Shown here: one piece after another, positions 26,027-38,300 of the stretch
Layout of the letters: each line of letters begins with the position of its first letter
Position numbering within the stretch: position 1 is the stretch's first letter
The notes under the pieces: generated by a model
Databases searched by the model: none
What the model saw: only the letters and a program-made list of their open reading frames with translations
Told to the model about the DNA's origin: nothing
NCBI GenBank assembly: GCA_051294375.1
Contig: CM119263.1
Location: 12,005,130 to 12,069,129 of the forward strand
DNA from: Paraspadella gotoi
Taxonomy: Eukaryota > Animalia > Chaetognatha
Reading direction: 5' to 3'
Length of the DNA stretch: 64,000 nucleotides
Made by a program: the position numbers and the translations under genes

Positions 26027-26889
26027 CCACATCGGATCTTTTCGATGATCCAGCTACCTTTAAAGTAAGACCTAAAACAAAACCAAAAAAGCGTTACTAA
26101 ATCTGCCTCTTCTAACAAAAACGTTGGCTCCTCTTCTAGTGACGTTCGTCCCACAGCTATGTGGTTCTGGCTCAGTATCAGAGGGAGAGGCTACAACCCA
26201 TCTACCAGTACTCCTAAATAAATTCAGATATAATAGCTGAGAGCTATTTGTCTTGTATATCTGTATCGTTTGCTAGTTTAGTTCTTATAGTAAAGAATTT
26301 TTATCATTGATACGCATTTTTATTTCTTTTACATTCCTTTTATTCTCAATATTTTTATCATTACAAAACACCCAACGAAAACGGATTGATTTCTTGATTT
26401 TATAGCACATTTTATTTTATATTTTTTCTGATAAACTTAAATTTCATGAGTCACAACATTGTTCAGTTTCCTTTAGCAGTTCAATTAGTATAAATGTGAG
26501 TGAGATTGGGAAGCGACGTCTGTAGTTTGAATGAATAATTGTACCTGCTAGTTCTATCATTGTTAAGACTCCTTTTATAGCTCGACGTGCAAGCTAATGT
26601 TGAAATCATAATCCTTCTTTATAGCTCATTGGTTGAATCACTCTTATTTGTCTGGAGTTTTATTATTCAATGTTAAGTTGAGGAAAGCAAAAATAAAAAT
26701 TAGTTAACAAGATTATATCTCTTGAATCATTTTATTGCTAGTTATATAAGCATTTTGTTTGATGATCAGTTAAATAGCATTGATTTTTCTCTACAGGTAG
26801 TTCTATAAGTACATATCTCCCTGTCATTAAGCTTCCATCCCTTCCCCTTTCTATCTGTCTCCTTCGCTGTATTAAGGCGCGGAGCAGCT

Positions 26890-29800
26890 ATGGAAAGAGA
26901 CGATCGGCAGCGGCGCGGCTTCTCGCTTTAAAAGACAATGTTCTACAGCCGCCTTCACAAGATCTCAGTTATGAGAGAGATGGTGTCCGTGTCATCGTCG
27001 TTGACTCCGATCTACATGATTTGGATGTCGACATCGGTGATCTTCCTCCTCATCGTGGTTCTAAGAGGAGAACCAAAACTACGGATAGAGACCGTTACGA
27101 GATTTACGAATCGAACGCGAGCGACGTCGATTCCGTCTAGAGACTATTCATTTAAGTCTATCGACTTCGCCCGATCCTTCGACGAAGTACAACGTCTCGC
27201 ATCGGATTTTTTACGTCTCGCGAACGACGTTACGGATTCTTTCTGCCCATTGGTTTCGACTCCGAAGGTGACGACGCCATGGTCCAACTCGCGTCGGAAA
27301 TCGGAGGTCAACGTAAAGTCGCCGTCTTTCAACTTCGTTCCGGTGTCGGCGACTCTTGCTGTAAAGACGGGCCCACCTCCTGCGTTGGTGTCAATTATGA
27401 CCCATCCATTCGCTGTCTTTGTCGGCAAAAGCGTCCAGAAAGATATCGATTCCATCGCCAAATTTCTCGGAGTTTTCGTTCGCTGACCGCGAGAAGATTA
27501 AGTACATCGACATCGCGAGTAATGTACGGTTTTCTGCTACAACCACTCTAGAGGCCCCTCCCCCTTGTTGGATTGGGTTTCCTCGATGTCCTTTTTCGCG
27601 TCTTGGGAGCCCCTTCCCTCAATATCTTCATCACTTCGTCAAACCGAATTACATTCTCGACAAAAGATCATTTCATCGGAACCATCTTGCGGATTTTGAC
27701 GAGCGCAAATCTCTGGTCAAGCCCCCACAGATATGCTATGCGGCGCTGGATGCACTCGTTAGTCTGCAGACAGCGTCCATGCTTTCTGAACGTATTGGGT
27801 TGCGCTTGGCCCACTTCTTACAAGCCGGTTCTGATTCAAATACATACTATTGTCCTTCATTAAAATCCATCGTCCGCGCTATGACCAATCCGCCATTATT
27901 TAAAAAAGCTCGTGATCAAGAAAAGAGTGAATGTCGGCGACTGAAGAAAAGTCGCGACGCCATTTCTGAGCGCATTCAACAGGCACAATATGAAGAACGA
28001 CAAAACCGTAAGCGACGCGAAATTACGCTCGCCAAACTAAAGGAAGAACGAGATGGTCAAAAATTTGAAATCGAGTATGTAGCGTTCATAATGGAAGACG
28101 ACGCCGACGACGACATTTTTCCGTGCGGCGAAGTCCCAGATTCAACGCCAATACAACCTATCTTAGACGCTCCAGGTGCGAAAAAGCGTAAATTATGTGA
28201 TTATCCTATTAGTGATGATGATGATACTGATGATTTTGTATTTGATTTAAATTATCAATCAACTATAACATATATAGATGAATATGAAACTTCAATTAAT
28301 AATAATAATGTTGTTAATAATATTAATAATTTCAATTATAATGTTAATGCTTCTCATATTACTTCTATTAATTCAACCTCATATCCATTGTTTCCATTTT
28401 TCACCCATTCAGCCCTCCCCACTACCCCTCCTCCTGCTCTCTCCTGCTCTACCCCATCTCCACCCCGTCCAGTCCCCCCTCCTTCCCTTATGTCGATTCC
28501 TATCCTTCCCTCATTTACATAAATCTTCCTCGGAGCAGCTCCAGCTCCCTGGTTCAGCATCATGCGACAAGAGTCGCTTCGACAATATTTGCGCAAAATT
28601 TAGACAAAGTCAGAACAGAGAAAAATGTAAGCGTACTCATGTTAAGGCAAGAGACTTTATCTCGAATCTCAACGCCAACGATCGCGACGATTTCGTTCGT
28701 CATTTTCTTCGCGACGGCGGTTTCGGACGTGGTCGTCTTCATGCGCTGTGTCAACTCAAGTTTTACTGTGTCCCCGTATTTACTCTCTTGGATTTTTTCT
28801 TACGTCAACCCTGGGATGCTAAATCACTTCGCCTCGTTATCCCTAATTTCGCTTCGCCAGATATCGCTCTGGTCGTTCGTTTCGTTTTAGCGAATTGGGA
28901 AAACCACGACATCCTTCGGCTAAAAATCCAAGAAATTCCCCATTTACGTGTTCCAGACGAAAACTTCAGTGATCTCTTTAAACGTAACGCAGTTTTGCGC
29001 TTCATCGAAATTTGTTCTGAGGAGAAAAATCTGCCCCTTTCCGCCGTTTTATCGCTCTCAATGCACAACGAAAAATCGAGCGAAATCTTACGCGTCTATA
29101 TCTGCGGTGAGATCGAGCAACAAGATGTATATACTTTCTGTATCCAATTTAGCGATGGTGACGATTTCGTTTTCGAAAAATGTGCGACTTTTATCGCGGA
29201 GAGTCATCCCTCCCTCGCGTCTTTCCTGATCAAAGCTCGAGGCGGAAGAAGCGGAAAACTCGATGAACGCCATTTCGAACCAAAGTGTTTCCCTCCCTTC
29301 AATGCCCGTCTCCACAGTCTTGTTCCAGACCGCGGAGAGGGCACAATCATTATCGAAAGGAGTGACATTTTTGATTCCAGCGCGAATTGGAGAGAGTGCG
29401 CTATTTCACGGCTCTCGTCTCAGTTCCTTGGAAAACATCGGCGCCAAAGAAACTAATTTCCTTACTTTTCGCGTGAGGCCGCGCATTTTTCATTATTCTC
29501 CAATCTTCGCTCATCGATTATGGCACGATTTCGCCAATATTTTTACTAAATTACAAGCGAAAAATCCGTCTTCAACGTTCCAGAGTAGACAGATTCGCGA
29601 AATTCTTTGATCGTCAACTTCACTGGTCCCCTTACCACGTTCTTGATGCTGCAGACACGTGCAATCACGTGGTCTCACTCCAAACAGTCGATTCTTGGCC
29701 GAATTTGTCACAGAAGGAAAATTCTGTCGCCGTGGTCTGTCACTTCAGCGGAGAAGTGGTCCCTTCGCTCCAGGCACTTCGCCATCGTGCGATATTTGTG

Positions 29801-29917
29801 TCTCTTGTCCAGTTATTCTGCGAAAAGACCAGTATTTTTGATTCATTCCGCGCCATCGAAAGGAAAAGAAAACGCGATGATTTCCCTGATTGTTCCCCAT
29901 CTCGAAAGCGACGCTGA
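26890..29917 (+). CDS. Unknown extra ORF(s) between pol and 3' LTR (frameshift-split)
   Basis: Overlapping 367-aa and 392-aa ORFs plus flanking coding-like frames; coding-like composition against AT-rich 26220-26790; candidate splice acceptor TTTTTCTCTACAG at 26796. Confidence 0.55.
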
Positions 29918-30494
29918 GCGGGACGCTCAGTTTTAAAAAAGGGGAAAGTATCTGTTGGACATAAACTCTCGTCATGATCCGTCGTTCTTATTCGCCTTTT
30001 GTAATGCTGTTTAAAAAATATAAACAATCGATGTTTGTCTACAAACAATACAGTTTATTGTTATTTCATTGCTTTGATTAATCATGATTCTATTTCATAC
30101 AGATCGCATTAATGATAGTTGGCCATCGTCGGGGTTTATTCATAGGGTTTATTTATAGGTTCATCTATAGAGTTTATATGGTTATATTGTTCATTTGATT
30201 AGTGGCTAGGCCGAGCTTACCTGAGAGATCATTGTTGTTTCTATCGTTAACCGATGCTTGCCTTTGCTTACCTCTAGTTTCTTGATCTCTAAAAGACTCA
30301 CTAAATCCTGCGTATAGATACTCTCAGAAGGGTGAGCAACTGACGGAAAACCCCGCTCATCAAGGCGTAGTAAAATTTCTAAATTTAACTTTAATTAAAA
30401 TTCTAAAAGTGAGGAACGAACAACATTATACTAATGAACATTTATGTAATAAAAAAAAAATAAATGTTATAATTTACGCATTAGGCCATATTTA

Positions 30495-31113
30495 CAGAAG
30501 GCTTCATATTATAAAATGTGGTACCCTTTTTTTGTGACCAGAACACGTTCCGAGAAAACTACTGAATAGAATTTAATCAAATTTTGCATGTGGAGTACCA
30601 GTAGTGATACAAATGAAATTTTTTATTATTTTTGTTTTAACAGTTTGCACAGATGTTTACTCTTCCACAAAAACGTATTTATTACCTCAAAAATATTCAT
30701 TTACCTTAATTTTTAGCTTCATGAACATCAGCAGTTTGAAAGTCAGATTTGGAATAATTTGGAAAATTGAAAGTAAAACGATGAACCATGCATCTTCAGC
30801 CATGCTTAATTATTGCAAATTTATCAATTTTAGTTCTAAAATGTTTTTTTCTTATGTTTAAAACGTCAATGCACCTGATGCTACTAAAAAAATTTTAAAA
30901 AAATTTTTAGCATTTTTTGGCCCCCAGGGGTCCACCCCAGGGCCCTGTATCTCTTGTCAGGGGTTGAATATCAAAATTCGCCTCGATAGTTCCATTAATA
31001 TAGTCATTAGCACTCTAAATGTAAAATTTCATTAAATTCGATTGGGTAGTTTGGTGGGAACAGATTCTGGTCACAAAAAAGGGGTACTACATTTTATAAT
31101 ATGAAGCCTTCTG
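30495..31113. mobile_element. Tc1/mariner-type MITE nested in a hAT MITE
   Basis: ~49-bp TIR CAGAAGGCTTCATATTATAAAATG.. / ..CATTTTATAATATGAAGCCTTCTG with TA flanks. Confidence 0.8.
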
Positions 31114-31856
31114 TATACTAGTACTAAACCAATAATTACAATCACACCAGCCAATCACGAGTTATTTGAGCTTTTTGCTAAGATGGGACGGATTGATTGA
31201 CTAATTAATTAATTATTGACTAATTAATTGACTAATTGATTAATTAACTGATTAATTATTTGATTTATTAATACATCCTTCATTTACATTTATATAAAAG
31301 GAAAAAGAAGCATAATCAATTAGTGAAACAGGTTTTTTGTTTTTTCCATTTAAACTCATTTCCACTCAAACAAATCCATCGAAACTTGATTTCCAGCTCA
31401 ATCACACACTTTCCTACGCAAATACAACATTCAAGTCAATCGCCCCATCCACTCTTGAGTAATTGGTGTTCAAATAGTGAAATTTCATTTTTTTCCATTT
31501 AAACTCATTTCCACTCGGACGATTCCATCGAAACTTCATATACAGCTCAATCACACATTTCCCTACCCACACACAAAATTTCATTCCAATCCATCCATCC
31601 AATCACGAGTAATTGGTGGTTTTTGCTAAGGTGGGACGGACGGACGGNNNNNNNNNNNNNNNNNNNNNNNNNNNNNNNNNNNNNNNNNNNNNNNNNNNNN
31701 NNNNNNNNNNNNNNNNNNNNNNNNNNNNNNNNNNNNNNNNNNNNNNNAAAGAGAGAAGATGCAATAATGTCAATTTCTAAAATTTATCCTTTACCTGTTT
31801 AGGTGAGTAATCGTGAAGTAAAGGCATGAGTAAGATTTCTAAAATTTTAACCTAAT

Positions 31857-32520
31857 AATGGTGGACTAAAATCGCACCATCCGTTTCATCAGCGGCCATT
31901 GGTGCCGGAGGCAAGAACATTGCCTCCAACCCAAAGGTCTGGGGTTCTAGCCCGGTGGCCGCATTGCAAGTTAAGAGGGATGAGGCTCTAACACCGCCTG
32001 AAACGGTGTTACAGTCCTGATCCGAAGCTCAGGGACTGCTTACATTGAACGGTTCTGTCATTATACACATATCAAAATTACTGTCCTTTAATTGGTGAGC
32101 CTGACTTCCGAACAACAAACATCAACAACAACACTTTCAGGCGACATGCCTCAACGCTGGTGATGGCACTTTCCGCCAACAACAACATAGGCGACATGCT
32201 CAAGCTTGGTGACGCACTTTCCACCAACAACAACAATTCACTGAGGAGACGCAACAGACTTCTCCCTAATGGGAGGGGGGAAATGTTTGGTTGAACTAAA
32301 AATCTACCAACACGCGTTTATCAGCGGCCATTGGGCGAGCAAGTCATTCACCTCCCCACCCATAAGGTCTGGGGTTTAGCCCGGTGGTCGCCTAGCAAGT
32401 TAAGAGGGACGGGGCGCTTAACCGCCTGTAACACAGTGTTAACAAGCCTGATCCAAAGCTCAGGGACGCTTACATTGAACGGTTTCTGTCACTACACATA
32501 ACAATTATAACTGTTTTAAT
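31857..32520 (+). mobile_element. TRIM family 2 (tRNA-Gly-like cassette in LTRs), two-LTR copy
   Basis: ~230-bp direct repeats; PBS TGGTGAGCCTGAC at 32092; PPT GGGAGGGGGGAAA at ~32271-32283. Confidence 0.75.
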
Positions 32521-32529
32521 TTACCTAAT

Positions 32530-32905
32530 AAGAAACAGTTTAATTATTTGCACAATCTATTTTCAAAAAAAGAAAATGTTTTTCGGCTCAGGATTCGAGC
32601 TCAGGAAGCGTCAAAGTTTTTTTGTGATTAGTCACAAAGTTTCCAACACAGAGTTTTAGAAAAGGACAGTGGTCGGGTGAGAATAGCTAAGGGGTAAAGG
32701 ACAGATAGATTTTAGTTTGGGGGAGAGAGAAGAGGGAAAGGAAAATAATACATTTTTTAAATGTACACAAATAAATATAGATTTGTATACTAAATTTGAC
32801 ATTTACAGATAGCTCTCTCTTTAAATGAAGGCCTTGAAAATCCTTAGCCGAAAACATGTTCGGTCTTTGAAAAATAATGTTTGCAAATAATTAAAACTGT
32901 TTAAT
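32530..32905. mobile_element. Degenerate Penelope-like pseudo-LTR remnant with inverted arms
   Basis: Decayed hammerhead-like motif AAATGAAGGC..GCCGAAAACATGTTC (~32823-32860), inverted partner near 32575, and similarity to the 47815-47870 PLE tail. Confidence 0.45.
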
Positions 32906-33147
32906 AATCTACAACCACAAAACAGAAAGGATTTACACATAAATTTAACTTTAATCAAAATTCTAAAAGTGAGGAATGAACAACATTATATTTAATGAAC
33001 ATTTCTGTATAAAAATATTTTATTACAAGTTACAAATTTATGCATTAACCATTAGGCATATTTATACGGAAGTACAATCCAAATTTCCAAGAAGATTTTT
33101 TTGCAGATTTGGATTTGTCCATAAAGATGTTGATGGAAAAGAAATAT

Positions 33148-33357
33148 TGTGGTGATCTTAAAATTCCGCCACCCGTATAGCTGTGCAAACTCCAGCTCAT
33201 CCCATTTGACTTGGACAGCAAAGTATCGTTCACCAACCGTGAGTTCCGGTTCATCCCCTCACGGGTCATGCTGGTTTAAAGTGTGATGGTTTGGCCATAA
33301 ACATGGCCGTTGACATGGTGTGATCACTGCAGGGTCCAAAAGCCCTGAGCGCCAGTT
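33148..33357 (+). mobile_element. Probable solo LTR of a fourth tRNA-cassette TRIM family
   Basis: GC-rich insert in a MITE; starts TGTGGTG with a hairpin, has a B-box-like GGTTCATCCC and a CAGGGTCCAAAAGCCCTG hairpin similar to the other families. Confidence 0.35.
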
Positions 33358-35385
33358 ATATTTTCTTTTATCAACTTTGGACAAGGAATTCTCTGCAATC
33401 AAAATTAAGAAAGCTTATTTAATTTCTTTTTATTTTTTATAAGGATAATTCTAATATATAAATATAGCCTAATGTAGGGTAATTGCAACAAAAATGTTAA
33501 AAATACTTTTTTTCTTCATTCGATTGAATTTAAACGCTTATATTAAGCCCGTTACGAAGTGGTACTTATAATTAATTGGCAGTTTGTTTTTTAAATATCG
33601 GGAATTACGCCAACTGAATTGACGTCAATTTGTAGTTACCTTCCTGCCTCGTTACTGCTGTCAAGGATATTCCAACTAAAAATTTTAAAACGCGCTTTTT
33701 GCTAAATTAAGAAATATATTGTAGTATTGCATTCAGCTTTGATTTCTTTTTTTTACATTTTTGTTTGGCGGTTGCGTGGTGTAAAACTACGCCAAAACCG
33801 TATATATTTTCTATTTAAATATGTGGCGTTAATGATTTTTGGGCAATGAATTTTTAAAATTTATCAAGTTAAATAATTGTAAATGTATATATTTAAATTT
33901 GAATATAATTGGGTGCGTAAAATGGCGTGAAAGGAAGGTTAAACCGTTTAATATATGATATCCAGATTGGCGTAAAGAACTTTCTGATTATTTTCTTTCG
34001 GTAAAAGCTATTCAGTTAAGTGGTTTTAAAGAATTTATCGCGGCATTTTTTTATACTGATGTGGCGTAGAAGTGGCGTAAAATAACAAAGAACCATATAA
34101 CTAACTATTTTAATTTTGTGGCGTAAAGGGTTTTAGTTATTTTCTAATAAAAAACTATTCAGATTAAAGTTGCGTTAGAAGATTTATTTCCACCCTTTTT
34201 TTATGACAGGTGTGGCGTAGAATGGCGTAAAAAACAATCAGAAACCATATAAATATGCATTTATTTTGTTGGCGTGAAAACTTTTTTTCATTATTCCAGA
34301 TAAAAACTATTAAGTTAACATGCTCTGGCATAGAATGGCGTAAATTGACGTAAAAACTGCGCCACTTAATCTCTATCTTCTTTCCCTTTTCCTCCTTTTC
34401 TTTTGTCTTTTATTTGTATATCAATCTCCGATTCTATTGTTTTTCGGTTTTATTTCTTTTAAAATCATAGAAAAACCAAATACCGAAATAAAGTCTAAAT
34501 CCTAGATATAAAAGAAAAAAGAAACACCAACATAAAAGCCAGTGGACCAATTTTTAACTAAAGAGTAATCAGAAATTGTGATCCACAATGGGTCTTTAGG
34601 TTATGTTTTGAAATTGGTTAAAAATACAAACTAATAATAAGAAATTACCCATTATAATAATTACAGGTATCATGTATATTTAGCAAAGGAGGAATGATTG
34701 TAAGCAGCAAAAAAGGGACGATAAATCTTAGATCATATATAATATATTATATCAGTTTCAATACATATTAATGATTCATAGGCCCTTAATATACAGTAGG
34801 AAAGATTATATAAAATGACTATCGCCAGAAACTGGCTGCTGGCGCAATTTTTGGCGCATCATTTTTGGGAATTAACAATGATCTAATTTGTTTGAAAGAA
34901 AAATACATTTGCATCTCCTGTTAACCAAGGAGGTTTTTGGCGAGGAAAGCCTAGTTTTTGGCGCTATCAATAAAAAAGAAATATTGCTTTCCCTTGTACT
35001 AATTTCAAATATTTTATTTTTTAAAATATTCTTTTTTCGATTTTTTGTTAGACTTCACTTCCTACCTACATTCAAAAAAAATAAAAATTTTCTTTTCAAG
35101 TATTTCCATACAGTAAATTTTCAAAAAGCCTTGTTTTTTTGGTATCAAATTCCCGCTAATTTATTTTTTCGGCACGATAGAGAAATAAAAATTTCGTCCG
35201 AATACTGCTAATCCCTTACCTAATTGCAAAAATTAAATAACATAAAATAAATTTTTTTTATAAATTAAATAGTTACTAATTAGTAAATGTTTTACATAAT
35301 TAACTTTTAGAATTATAGTACATAATTTTCCCTATGCTCTACTGTATCTAGTATCCAAGTATCTAGTTTTTAACTTTATTTGCAG

Positions 35386-38300
35386 GTTTTCTCGCGGTAC
35401 AATGGGTGTTGGCCAAATATGCTTTACAAGAAGTTAAAAAAAATGCCCGGAGATTCCTCTTTTGGCATAAAACAATTGCCTTTCCCGGATTTGGACTACC
35501 AAGGGCTACGGAAACGATACTTTTATTATTTGATTTTATGATGATTATCAATGCCACTATACAAGTATGTACAATGTTTAGTAGAGTGAAGTGAAAATAA
35601 TAAAATTTTATAAAATTAAAAATTTAGTATATAGAAGATCGACTTAATTAGATAATAGTCCTTGAACTGTAAGGGTGTACTTGAAGATGTTGGGTAAATC
35701 TATTATATACATGTAAGGCATCCGTCTAGAATTTCTGAGACGGCAAGCTCTGTAACTCGAGTCCAAAATGATAATTTGAAAAAGACTTTTTGTCTTGTTA
35801 TGGAGTACTCATATGGCTACTCCCCTTCGGTAAGCCATTGCTCTACAACCACTTTTGGGACATAGCAGTTTATTGTAAAAGTTTACCTTGAGTGGGATTC
35901 AAATCCGACTATTTCATTCTGCGTCGAAATCTTAGTTTTTAACCACTCGCGATCTCGTTAATTAAATAACAAATTCAAAAACTCAATATAAATTTTGTTT
36001 TTTCTTTTCTTTTAGTCAGATCTGCTTTCAGCAGATCCTTACTCTATAATTCACTTTGTCGGTCCCTTAATCTTGTCAGGCATTCACTTATATTATGTCA
36101 GAACATCGAATTATATAATAAATTATGCAAAAAAAAACGTCCGTCTCTCTGTCCATCGCATCCCACCTTACCAGTTACAACATGAATGGATGGATGGATT
36201 GGAATGAAATTTTGTGTGTGGGTAGGGAAGTGTGTCATTGAGCTGAATATGAAGTTTTGATGGAATCGTTTGAGTGGAAATCAGTTTAAATGGAAAAAAA
36301 CAAAACGTGTTTCACTAATTGATAAAGCTTTTTTTTCCCTTTTTATATTAAATGTAAATGCAAGATGTATTAATTAATCAAATAATTAATCAGTTAATTA
36401 ATCAATAATTCAATTAATTAATCGATAATTAATTAATCAGTCATTAATTAATCAAAACAAACTTTTTGGATTAAAATAATTAATTAATTGCCAAAATTAA
36501 TAAATTAATTAACTTGAATTAATTATAAATTAATTATTAATTAATTAATTACCGATAATGATTGTGGGCAGATCGCGACAGATCCTTTGAAAGTCAAGAA
36601 AACATTTACCAAGAATTATTATTGTATTAGCTTATTACCACTTAATTATTGTAGGCAGATCCGACATTGTTTGCTCAAACTTGTTTTTTTGCAAATCAAA
36701 AACTTAAGATTATTTTTTTTTTCAAAATGATTTCATTCTTTCATTCTCTCAATCGTTAGCCTATTTATTAATATTGATACAATAGACGAGGTATAAAAAC
36801 ATTTTAGTGTTTTCACAATAAGCAACTGGATTAAAAACACTTAATAAAAAACTTTAGAAGCACGTGGAAATGTTCAACTTTGCGGCCTCTGACTTCCTCA
36901 TTTCAACATTAAAAATAAGCCAGATATTCGCTTTCTTCTACGTATCAATCGTCGTCGTTGCGAAGTTTCGTCATGAATCGGGAAACTTGGGACTCGGATG
37001 TTGAAATCTTTGTCTTCGATTGTTGAAGGTTTTGTTTCCTCCAAAAAAATTAAAAGGCGAACCTCCAGCTTTCTATAATTTATTTTGTACAAAAATTTTT
37101 ATGAAAATCATTTGGCCGAGTGCTTAGCGCGCCGGATTTCACATTACGAAAAGGTTTCGGTTTCAAATCTGGCCGAAGCTACTTTTTACAATAGGTTCTG
37201 ATGTCCCAAAATTGGTCTTAGAGCAATGGCTTACCGAAGGGGAGTAGCATATGTGTACTCGATATCAAGACAAAATCTCTTTTAAAATTATCATTTGTAC
37301 ACGAGTTACAGAGCTTGCCGTCTCAGAAATTCTAGACGGATGCTACTGTATCTATCTGTTTTTTTCAGTAATATTAGAAGCTACAAGTAAAGAAAAAGAA
37401 TCTGGAATGAAAGAATTATTGGCTATATTTTGGTGTGTCGCCATGTATCCAGCGAGGCGCTTTGGTTTATCCATCATCTTTTAGTGATATTATTTCCATT
37501 TGTCTGTAGTTTGGATAAATTATGCAATATTGCTACGTGGACAAGTTGAATTTGGTCTTAGTTTTTTATTTATAATTTCGTTTTATTTGGCGGGTATTTC
37601 TACAGCTAGAATTTTTAGTGTGACGTAAGTTTGTTTTTAGTTGCGCCACGAGGACTCGCAGAGCAACTCCATAAGTCAACTTTTTTGGTCGGTCTGTCGC
37701 AGAAAAAAATATAACTTATTTAAAAATTATTTCATTAAGTGGGTTAAAAATTAAAAAAAACTATATTTAATATAAAAAAGTTAATTTTCAGCTTAAAATA
37801 TAACTTTTTCTGATTTTTGACCCACTTAATGAAGAATTTTTCCAAATTTTTTTACTTTTATGACGAATCTAAATCTGCAAAAAAAATCTTTAAAAAAACA
37901 GTTCTTAAATTTTAACATTTATTGGATTAGTAGTACTCTGTATAAATATGGCCTAATGCGTAAATTGTGACATTTATAATAAAAAATTTTTATACAGAAA
38001 TGTTCATAAATGTTCCTCACTGTTAGAATTTTAATTAGTTAAGTTAAATTTATAAATTTTACTATGCCTTACTACACAGGATTACTCAGCTAAACAGATA
38101 AAGGATAAATTTTAGAAAATAAAGTTAATGTAACAAAAAAGTTTGATCAAGCAATACCAGATCTGGATACTGGGACAGTGCACACTACACAGTAGGGCGT
38201 AGTGAAGGTTACATACAAAAATTCTAATGTCAATTAATAAATACCATCAGTGAACGCATTAATTTGTAAAAAAAATTAATTTTATATCCTTCAATCTTCG

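Larger units (their letters stand above)
18980..30362 (+). mobile_element. Full-length Ty3/Gypsy LTR retrotransposon (11.4 kb) with extra 3' coding region
   Basis: Near-identical TG..CA LTRs 18980-19381 and 29953-30362; PBS TGGTGCATCG (19383, tRNA-Gly-like); PPT AAAAAAGGGGAAAG (29935-29948); no TSD. Confidence 0.93.

Noticed and set aside
33475-35222. Element with dispersed TGGCGTAA motifs
   Set aside because: Probably subterminal repeats of a decayed DNA transposon; the termini and TSD are too weak to call.
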